Shown here: in pieces, positions 26,551-36,183 of the stretch
Layout: every line of letters begins with the position of its first letter
Position numbering within the stretch: the first letter of the stretch is position 1
From: Nemertoderma westbladi
Taxonomy: Eukaryota; Animalia; Xenacoelomorpha
NCBI GenBank assembly: GCA_032718475.1
Contig: JAUCBJ010003708.1
Coordinates: 1 to 64,000 of the forward strand
Reading direction: 5' to 3'
Length of the DNA stretch: 64,000 bases
Position numbers and translations under genes: made by a program
Notes under the pieces: generated by a model
Told to the model about the DNA's origin: nothing
Databases searched by the model: none
Seen by the model: the letters and a program-made list of their open reading frames with translations, nothing else

Positions 26551-28168
26551 TTATATATGGAGTGGGTGTGTGACTATATTATTTTATATTTTTTTATTAT
26601 TTTATATTTATGTATGGATTGTTATGTATTTTATTATAATCGTTTTATTTAATTTTATTTAGTAGAATGTTATTTTAGATTATTTAGTAGATTAGTGCAA
26701 TATATTAGTGTTTATTACGTAATTACATATAATATATCTAGTGCGACGGCGAGAAATAATTCTTTTCTCTTTCCTTACTGTCCGTATTATATTATAAATG
26801 CGAGACTATAGTAAGATGACATGTCCGTACTTATTAAAGTACAATAAAGCTCCTACTATATTTAAGTATTATTGGTAGGCAGAGTATTAGGAATGCAAAG
26901 TTCAGATCCTCGTGTCTCGGCTAAACCAAGCTCTGGGTAGACCTTGGAAACGACTTGCCTCTTCACACTGACATTGCTTCGTGCGATATTGCTCTTCTAC
27001 CTTATATTAAATAATACATATAGTAGCGTGATGTCCCTCTAACAGTAGCGTAAAACGCAAATAAATCTGTTAAACTTTTTGACCATCTGTAATTCTAGTC
27101 GATTAAGATATCGCGGCACCCACCGATATACTTGAAAGACAAATTCTAGAATCAGTGGTTAATGTCCCCAGACAAGTTCTGGAATAAATCGGTGCCCATC
27201 TTAAATATTAATTTAATATTTATTAAAATCTGTAAAATTCAGATCCTTTAAAATTTCTAGTCAATTAAGATATCGCAGCACTTACCGATACTCTTAAAAG
27301 ACAATTTTATAGAATTAAGGATCCTAGGTCCCCAGACATGCTCTGGAATAAAATTGTGTCAATTTTACCATCAAATAATAAAATTCGCGGGAATAAATTT
27401 AAATTCATATCTTAAATGAATTTCATAAATTGTCATTTTATGCAATTTATAACATTCCCAAAATTCCATTAATTAATAAATCACGGGAGCGGAGATTTAT
27501 CCTATTGAGTGTATTAGAGTGCGAAAATCTCCAACATATAGTCAATAGCCGATAAAATTAATAAAATCATGCATAAAGAGGATATTGACAATCAAAGAAT
27601 TACTATTAAATAGCATCCCAGATCTGTATGCATGAGAATTACCCTAATTCTACCGCTAGCTTTCCATAATGTCACCATGGCAACACCCACGCTAGAATTA
27701 AAAACGAGTTAAAAGAAAAATAGAAAGCTTGTCCCATTGCCTAGTATAGAGATTACATAGCACACTGTTTAGTATCCAAGGATACACAATAACAACGTGA
27801 CATTCTGGAAGGCACTGACTAACGGACAAATGGCCCGTATGCTTATAATTGGTGACAGTTGTGTGGAATTTGTGCGTTTGTAGGTGAATGTTGCTACTAA
27901 AGTGTGTTTACAGTAGCTAGTCGCAATCGTAAAGTAGACTTAACTCTGCCGTAAAACCTTAAGTGATTTCAAGACTTTGGGACGGACAGTGGAGTGACTT
28001 GTGCCGGTTATCGTTGTCGTGCTGTTGCTACTACGTTGGCGTAAACACCGCGACAACGGTGCATCGGCGCTGAGGATCCCACTGTCCGGGGGTAGAGAGG
28101 GGTAGGCAGCGACGCCCGCTCGCCTAAAGCTAAACTCATTATAATATTAATAAACTCATATAACAGAT

Positions 28169-29477
28169 ATGACAGAGTTGATAGAAGATGATCTTGGTAT
28201 TAGAGAGAGATATACTCTACCTTTACAAGCGTTTGTGGATAGCTTGATACGCGGTGAAGCTGATCCAACTACTACGGAGGACGATGGTAGTTATATCGAA
28301 CCGCCTATGTCCCAGGAGCAACTTACGCGTGAATTGGACTATAGCAAATTCACCGCTCGCTATACGCATCGTAATGGTACGTATATGGACTTCTTAACTA
28401 CCGGCCATTCTATCGATTTACACGATATGGACAAAAAGGGAAATGGTATTATTTAAATATCCTACCCAGCGGAATCGTAACCATAAACTGAAATTCGAAT
28501 GCGAAAATTCTATTCGAAATCGACTCGAAAGAAAGGACGTTCAAGAAGCTGATAAACGCGGTAACTCCAACGTATATTTAGAATTCTTGAAGAGAAGAAT
28601 TGTAACACCAAATAAATATCACCCATGTTTCCCCTATAAGACGTGTGTCTTGGTATTATTACGATGAATGCCCAAGACCAACCAACAAACGGAAAGACAT
28701 GAACACCAGCGGAGACGTTGCTTTGAACGCGGTTTGCTCGCTGTGTTTGCGGGAGTTTCGGGAGAAACTTGTTCGATGTGTCACCAACGCTCTCTCGACT
28801 CAGGCGATCCTTGAGTAGACCTATGATCGGAGTTCCGGAATGCTCGGTCAGACCTCCTCGTTCCTTAGTTGGACCTCAGACTCTTGATCCTGATGGTATC
28901 GCGGGTCCTCACGAACTGTACTTACCGTTCAGAGATCCAGTGTTACCCGAACCGTTAGTCGGTGGCACTCAGGTTGTGGGCTCCCTAAATATCCGCCCAT
29001 CTTACCTGGCCGGATTGGGGCACGGGCACCCGATATCGCCATTCAACCGTATAATCGGAATCGTCCCCGTTTAACACGATACAACCCGTCATCAAGGCGG
29101 AGGAGAGCGTTGTACGAAAAGAGATAGACGCTATTCTACAAAGATCAGAAAAGAAATCTACGTTTGTTCAGATAAACCTAAATTATAACAGCAAGTCGAA
29201 GCGGTAAACGGATTAGCTTTATCCCAGTTTGATTGGGAAATCCATAGTCTCTAAGACGATATTGAACTTGGACGACCCTATTCTCGGCGAGAGTTTTGGA
29301 CGAACGTATCCAACGATGAGCGGAGGAAAATCAGCTCGAGGAGAAGCATATCGAAACGGCGGATACACCGACCATAATCCCACGCCTTCTGATGCAATCA
29401 TATTGCACCCTTCACCCAAGAGTTATAGCCCTCATTGTAAAGTGGCTCGCCCCCAAAGAGAAAAAGACTCTTGCTAG
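28169..29477 (+). pseudogene. Possible degenerate extra ORF in the 3' (env-position) region of the BEL element
   Basis: Chain of short + strand ORFs (28169-28456, 28443-28667, 28769-29074, 29229-29477) in coding-like composition. An acceptor-like TAACAG lies just before the ATG at 28169. The distal part is homologous to 63291-64000 (-). Confidence 0.35.
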
Positions 29478-29598
29478 CTTTAAAGGACTGCGTAAACGCC
29501 GTCCGCGCAAGAAAGACTAACTGTTTAGAGTATTTTCGTATTTTAGAAACTGTGATTTTGTATATTTTATAGACTTAAATCCCATTTTCTGGGAGCGG

Positions 29599-30813
29599 TG
29601 TAAAAGCTTTTGTGGGATAACTGATTCGTTTGCCTTGCTAACCAGTTCCCCCCAGGCGCTGGAATACTCTAAAAAGGGATCTATAGCTCGAATAGTGCAA
29701 GCTACCGGCTGATTGGCTGATTTGCTGTACGAAGGGATCTGGGCTATGTTCGATCGTCCAACCAGCTTAGGAAGGTTGCCCCATAGCCCTGCTTTCTGTA
29801 TCTGCCAATAGGATTTGAGTTGGTTTTGATTTTGACCTATCACAGATCTACTGAACTGAATTTCCTATCTGTATGCTCATTCTCTGTGGTGGGTGGAATC
29901 TTTTGTAAATAAGGGTAGCTGGCATTCTTATAGTTATTCTTATCAGTGTTCAGTGTTGTTGGTTATTCTAAGCCAGGAAGAACGGCTCTGGAATCAATTG
30001 TTTTCAGACTTTATAAGAAACATTAGTAGGCTTAGATTATAGAACGTATAACTGTTATCGGTCCAACTCGATCTTATCACAACATATCGTGTTGGTTTTA
30101 TTCTAATCTTAACCTACCGTCTTACTGCTTTTATGGTTTGTAATTATCAGTGTTCAGTTTAGTTGGATGTTATTAGTTGAAGAATATCGTCAAATAACCC
30201 AAATTTCCCAATTTTCTTGATACACTACAGGTTAGAGAGACAGTTTACATATAACGATTGCGACTTATATTATAGTGGTTTGTAGTGAATATAATGCTAT
30301 TTGGTAGCCACTACTTGAGTCAATTGCTATTCTCTTTATACGTGATCAAAGTCAGTGACTGTCGGCAAACCAGTGAGCAGTATTGTGCGGTACCGGTAGT
30401 GTGTATGATTGTGAGTGAGACTGATAACTAAGCATCTCCTAAAGAATGCGTCTCATACGTGAATTCTAAGCCATATCGTTGTGTTTGGTGTAAGTCATAA
30501 CTTTGTTTACATAGATAGAGCGCCACGTCCTAAAGGAACTGCTAATATTTCCCGAAAGTGAATAATATTTGCCAGAGATTATATATTAGTGATCAATCGA
30601 ATAATACAAGTAGGCTTCACTGCAATAAATCTAAGCATACGAATCCAGTCTCCCGGGTGTAACCATCGGGTGAATGAACGCGCACAGGCTGGCTTCGGCT
30701 AATGTTGTGTTTATTTTGTATTAAATCTTGTCATCTTATAAAGTCAATTTACCAACTAAAGACATATAAATTTTGGCAGGTTAAACTGCTAAAGGTCTCC
30801 AAAAGCGCGTACA
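29599..30813 (+). repeat. 3' LTR of BEL/Pao element
   Basis: Direct repeat of 19085-20299, followed by the TSD GGCAA. Confidence 0.97.
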
Positions 30814-31836
30814 GGCAACATGTCAAGAACAACGTGGCTGGACACCGGGTGATGGCAGAGTGAGTTACTTTTGCATTTTGCATTGCATTGGCAGCTTGGC
30901 ATCGATGTCATAGAAGTCCACAGTCAAACTACTCAAAAAATTATACTCTCCAGTCCTCGCTCCTCTGTTAGTAAAGTTTGCCCGTAGTGCTAACGCAATG
31001 CGATACCAAAAGTCGAGGTTTCCAATGACACTGCGACAGACAGAGGCGGTGGCCATGGTGGCAAGATGTTTGAGTACAATTCCGACACGTTGCTGGGTAT
31101 TGGGGTTGTGCAGTAGTGGGTACCCGAACGTGGAATAAAGGTCAGATGGTACAACATGAGAATCTGTCAGTCTGTTTCACTTCCACCAGTCCTTATAAGT
31201 TCGCATAATTTCAAAACCTACATGGTTGCCGTTGCCGATCCGATGGGTGGTAGGCACAGCAGCACCAAGAGTCACTCGGTCGTACCACTCGGACGCAGCC
31301 TAGTCCTGTAGTCTTTAATTAGACCGTAACATGAGCCGATAACGCATAACGGAAACGAAGACAACATTGAATATGAAAGGGATTTCTTTCATACAACATA
31401 CAAATACAATTAAATACTGCAAAACATATGTCTGATAAGATTATCGTAAATCCGTACCGTACATGATATGGCTGCTGGAGCAGGCTGAACAGTCGCGATA
31501 TCGCAATTCAAATAAATATATTTAATAATGGCACCAATATGTACATGTCGTTAAATTAATATATATACTTTTAAAACGTGGATAACATACAGTATAACAA
31601 AAATCTTTTTAAAAAAATTATTATTATTTATTTGCCCAATATACTGTAAAAGAGTGTTTATTCTGTGTTATAAAATGCATTAAAATGCAGTAGCATATAC
31701 ATACAGTACAGTAATAATAAAATAATGATGTAGTGATATAGTAAATATATATAATAAATAATATAATATATAATAATATACTGTATAATAACTGTACATG
31801 TTAATGTTGACAAAATTATGTCTTAAATTAATTTAG

Positions 31837-32010
31837 AAAACACAACTTTGGAAGAAGAAGAAGAACACATCAAAGAAGATTTCCTCAGTTCCGATTTGAA
31901 AATGAAACTGAAAATCACTTTAAAATTTCCAAAAAATTTCAATAATAGGAAGGTGTACCTGTTTGAACCCGGGTTAACGACTGACGGAGATGGCTACAGG
32001 AGATTCCCAG
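31837..32010 (+). CDS. Putative internal exon (phase 1-1) of an uncharacterised gene: ENTTLEEEEEHIKEDFLSSDLKMKLKITLKFPKNFNNRKVYLFEPGLTTDGDGYRRFP
   Basis: Acceptor TTAATTTAG, 174-bp open frame, donor CCAG|GTTAAT. The phase is compatible with the donor at 17875. Confidence 0.5.
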
Positions 32011-32755
32011 GTTAATGTTTTATAAAAATACATAATCGCAGTTATGAATAAAACGCAATTTATAAATTCGTCCAAATAAAACTTTCGAAGTTAACTGGCT
32101 TCAACAGTAGTTGTATGTCTATTATAATAATTAAAGTCAACGGAACTTAAAGTCGTCAGTATGTAAGGTCTAATGTGGAGTACGGACCACAAGGGACGAC
32201 ATTGTTGCAAGAATTACTACAGTAAATCGTTTGTGCGACACAAGTGCCTTTTAGTTGTATTAATAAGCCACTACGTAAAACAACTACTAGAACTTTTTCG
32301 TGATTTTGGTTGAATTTTATTTACAACCAATAATCAGAGCATCGTGCCAATATTTGTTATAAGATTTCCTCCCTCTAGCTGTGGTTCCCGGAGGTGCTCT
32401 GATTGGGTCTATCGAATTCAGCTTAGATTAATAGTCTTGTATGAAGCAGACCCAAATACCCTATTTGGGACAAAGTTAAATCAAACACCCTATTTGGGAT
32501 ACTAGAATATCATTTTTAGCACAAAGTTAAATCAAAGCCAGGCTATTGAATTCCACACTCTTTTTAGTATTAATTATCTTAGGCTACTCCTACTACTAAT
32601 ATTAACTACAGTATCTGGAAACTCTTAAAACTCAATTTGAGAAAGTCGCTCCCTATTCGGGACACAATAAACAACTCATTTGTTCTGTACAAAAAATAAA
32701 GATAACTAATGTTAAAGATATCAAACCAACTGATGCATACTAACTAATTATTCAG

Positions 32756-32823
32756 GCGTTTTTCACGCACGCAACGATTGGATCCCCGTTGAAAAGAGTT
32801 CACTGCTGAAGATGCCACCATAG
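32756..32823 (+). CDS. Putative terminal exon (GVFHARNDWIPVEKSSLLKMPP*)
   Basis: Branch point TACTAAC at ~32738 and acceptor TTATTCAG. Read in phase 1 after the 31837-32010 exon it stops at TAG 32821-32823. Confidence 0.4.
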
Positions 32824-32931
32824 TCTCTACTGGAGCACATCATTGCTTAAAAGATATCCAACTCTACTGTTCTGTACCGACGGTACACGGTCTAACATTT
32901 CGATATACCGTCCTTTTATTGCAGCCACTAC

Positions 32932-33125
32932 TGGGTGTAAACATCCGACGGCCGATAACGACAAATATAAACTGTGATCACGACTCTCGTTTATTGTTTT
33001 GGTTAGAATAACTTTTCAGTGTAACCTGCTCCTTTCCTTTAATTGATAATTAACATTAATTCGATTTAATACAGTAATGATTGTCGGCTTTGCTTGTCGG
33101 TTGTCGGCTTGCCGTTTTACACCCA
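32932..33125. mobile_element. Small MITE-like element
   Basis: Imperfect TIRs TGGGTGTAAACATCCGACGGCCGATAA / TTGTCGGTTGTCGGCTTGCCGTTTTACACCCA. Confidence 0.5.
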
Positions 33126-33918
33126 ATTAATCCTGTGATTTTGGAAATAAATGGTTATTAACAGTAAAAAACAAAATCAAAACCTCACAATTCTTACTCA
33201 ATCAGTGTAAGCAAAATCAAAGATACATCATTAAATTAATTATTTTCAATCTGTTTTATAATTATTCATTTAAGGGTGAGGGGGGGTGGGTAGCACCCCC
33301 AAATTGAATCTCACATTTTTGTGTCTCTGGACCATAAAATTGGGTGAAAATTACTTTTTGTGCTACTAAACATCGTCTGGACTGTGTGAGAATAACCAAA
33401 CCAAATATTTTTAATATTGGCCCCAAAATGGCTCCGTAATGGCCAAAAGTGCCTTTTTGCGCCAAGGGCTTTTCTCCACCAATATTTGATTAAATGTGTC
33501 GAAATTTGGAATATAGGTTCAGAAGAACCCTGTATCCAATTCTGCGAATGTTAACACAACGCATACTTATAGACAAAGACTATATTATATGCAAATAAAG
33601 AGGCGATGTCTACTTACAATTATAGACTTTAATTTCTATATCTCGTACAATTTGTCGAGACTCACAATATTTTCAACTCAGTGTAAACATTGATCGTCGT
33701 TTGAGCTCCATCCACATTCCATACCACAATATTTAAAGTACTACTGTTAATGTTTTGGGGTCCAATTTCATTATTATATTATAACCAGATAATACCTAGG
33801 TATATTTACCTGATTACATTTATTACTGTATTACAGTTGTAATACCCTATACCCTATATTGTATGTACCCTATACAGTATCTGTACTGTATATCCTGATA
33901 TCGCCCTTACCACTTACA

Positions 33919-35880
33919 ATGCATCATGTTGTATTTGTATATTATTGTTTGTTTATTTTTCTACTGATTTACAATGGGGACTGTCATTCTATATGTAACA
34001 GCGAAGTTTACCGACGTTCTCGTCCCAACCACGGAGCTCGACTAACGTACGACCGCCTCTCCCGTCGTTCAGTCAGCCGACCTTTTCTCATTCGTCCATT
34101 TTTCGACTCTTCCGTCGGTGAACTCTCGGTAGAACTCCGCGCGTTGCTAACCGAGAGGATCTTCCCGGAAGCTTTGGACTACTTCGCCTCGACTCTGACC
34201 GCGGTAACTCCCCCGGATCGCGTTCAACTGCACCGCGATTGCGCCAACTACGAGGCGCCTTCCACGTACACCGAGGACCGTCGATACGAGTTCTGTCCCG
34301 CTCGAACGGGCTGCGGCGCGCAGACTCGCTGCAACGAGGTGCTAGTCCCCGAGTCCCACCTCCTTGCCTGTCGGACATTCGACGAAGATACGAAAGGACA
34401 GACAGTCTCCGGCGAGGACGGACCCGGCGTCTCCGACACTGACTTTGTACTTTACGTCTCCGCAATCGAGTCAACCCGTTGCCTAGGAACCACAGTCGCT
34501 TACGCGACCTACTGCCAGCTTGACCATGAGACAGACAGACCAGTCGCAGGTCACGCCAACTTCTGCCCACAAGCGCTGTCGCTCAAAGCGCATCACTACC
34601 TGGACATCCTGTCCACCGTTAAACACGAGATAATCCACACACTCGCGTTCAGTACCGGCCTCTTTGCCTTCTTTCGTGACTCCAACGGCGAACCGCGGAC
34701 ACAGAGAAACCCGTCGAGCGGGTTGCCCCTCGAATGGGACGAATTGAACGGCTGGTTCCGGTGGAGCGACGACACCGTGAGGAACGCGAGTTACCGCTGG
34801 GAAGTCCGAGACGGAACGCTGGAACACCCAGTGGCCCTGATGGTGACTCCGGCGGTGCGACGCGAGGCGCGGCTGCAGTTCGCCTGCGAGACGCTAGAGG
34901 GAGCCGAGTTGGAGAACCAGGGGGGCCCGGGGACCGCGTTGGTCCACTGGGAGAAGCGGATCTTTGAGAGCGAAGCGATGACCGGCGCGCACACGCAGAC
35001 GAGGTACTTCTCGCGGTTGACGCTCGCGTTGCTCGAGGACTCCGGGTGGTACCGGGTGTCGGACTACCGGAAGGGGGAGTCGTCGCCGTGGGGCGCGGCG
35101 CTCGGTTGTCGCTTCGCGACGGGCAGCTGCGGGGAGTGGATGCGCGCCAATGGTAACGACGGCGCGCCGTACTGCGCGGAGGTGCGCGGGGCGCGGTTGC
35201 GCACGCGATGCGACCCGCTGCGGCGCGCCGTTGTCGCGTGCAACCTTGTGGACCACGGGGCCCCGCTGCCCCAGGAGTACCGCTACGTCCCGCTAGGGGG
35301 CGCCGCAGTGCGATGGCGGGGGCTCCCGCTAGGGGCGCCCCTCTCGCACTACGGCGGCGAGGTCGAACTCGCCGACTTCTGCCCCTTCCCGCAGGAGATA
35401 GACTGGCGCGCCGACGGGGTCTCCGTGAGGGGGTCCCGCTGCGCGTTGCCCAGCAACCAACGGGACCCCCTGGAGGACGTCGCCATGGAGACGTACGGGG
35501 CGGCGTCCGTCTGTCTGGAGCAGCCGACCCAGTGGGTCTCCTACCGGTGCGACACCGCCACGCGGTTCCATAACACCGGCAGCGGTTGCTACGGCTACCG
35601 GTGCGCGCCCTCTGGTCTCGCCGTGGTCGTCGGGGGTCGCGACTACCCCTGTCGCTATGACAACGAGACTCTGTACATATCCGCGGTATCCCATGGTTAC
35701 CTGCGTAACGGCAGCGTTTCCTGTCCGCCCTGTCCGGATTATTGTCCGGTTTGTCCGGATCTTCCGACCGTCCGGTTGGTTTCCGACTCGGTTTCCGAGA
35801 TTCCCTGTAGCGGCTGCACCTGGACCCCTTGGTTGCTATGGGTTACCACTAGTCTCCTAGTAACCAACGATTTTCTATAA
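33919..35880 (+). CDS. LMLN: Leishmanolysin-like peptidase (invadolysin, M8 zinc metalloprotease), single exon
   Basis: Signal-peptide-like N-terminus from the ATG at 33919; DFVLYVSA, AYATYCQLD..DRPVAGHANFCP, HEIIH zinc motif, ELENQGG.GT..HWEKR, EAMTG Met-turn, TLALLEDSGWY, YGG.VELADFCPF, Cys-rich C-terminus and hydrophobic GPI-like tail. Confidence 0.95.
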   Translation: MHHVVFVYYCLFIFLLIYNGDCHSICNSEVYRRSRPNHGARLTYDRLSRRSVSRPFLIRPFFDSSVGELSVELRALLTERIFPEALDYFASTLTAVTPPDRVQLHRDCANYEAPSTYTEDRRYEFCPARTGCGAQTRCNEVLVPESHLLACRTFDEDTKGQTVSGEDGPGVSDTDFVLYVSAIESTRCLGTTVAYATYCQLDHETDRPVAGHANFCPQALSLKAHHYLDILSTVKHEIIHTLAFSTGLFAFFRDSNGEPRTQRNPSSGLPLEWDELNGWFRWSDDTVRNASYRWEVRDGTLEHPVALMVTPAVRREARLQFACETLEGAELENQGGPGTALVHWEKRIFESEAMTGAHTQTRYFSRLTLALLEDSGWYRVSDYRKGESSPWGAALGCRFATGSCGEWMRANGNDGAPYCAEVRGARLRTRCDPLRRAVVACNLVDHGAPLPQEYRYVPLGGAAVRWRGLPLGAPLSHYGGEVELADFCPFPQEIDWRADGVSVRGSRCALPSNQRDPLEDVAMETYGAASVCLEQPTQWVSYRCDTATRFHNTGSGCYGYRCAPSGLAVVVGGRDYPCRYDNETLYISAVSHGYLRNGSVSCPPCPDYCPVCPDLPTVRLVSDSVSEIPCSGCTWTPWLLWVTTSLLVTNDFL

Positions 35881-36183
35881 ATTATTTTTGTGCTACTTTT
35901 TTTTATATTTTGTTTATATATTTTTCTACCTCTTCTACTTCTACCTCAATATATTCTACTTGTCCGCCTCCCGAAATTTATCAGAGAAAGTCGAATAATT
36001 TTGTTTTTTTCTCTTTTCGAGTTGATATAAATATGTCCCACGTGCTGCGCGAAGGCCCCCACCTACTCGTTACAAATAGTAAGTAAATCAATCAGCTCGT
36101 TCACTTTGTTTCACATTCGATTATTTGGAATTTATTATAATTTTATGTTATGGAAATAAATGTTCATTATGCTGAGGAATTAA

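Larger units (their letters stand above)
19085..30813 (+). mobile_element. BEL/Pao LTR retrotransposon, non-autonomous (gag-protease only), 11,729 bp
   Basis: Two 1215-bp LTRs with TGT...ACA ends, 5-bp TSD GGCAA (19080-19084 and 30814-30818), a purine-rich GGGAGCGG just before the 3' LTR, and an internal BEL-type gag-PR ORF. Confidence 0.96.

Noticed and set aside
28068-28140. HDV-like ribozyme in the BEL 3' region (GGA-TCCCACTG-TCC, P4-like hairpin, GCTAAA)
   Set aside because: No P1 pairing could be built, P2 is only 3-4 bp, and the P3-P4 spacing is too long.
34088-35860. Several overlapping and antisense ORFs inside LMLN
   Set aside because: Shadow ORFs caused by high GC content.
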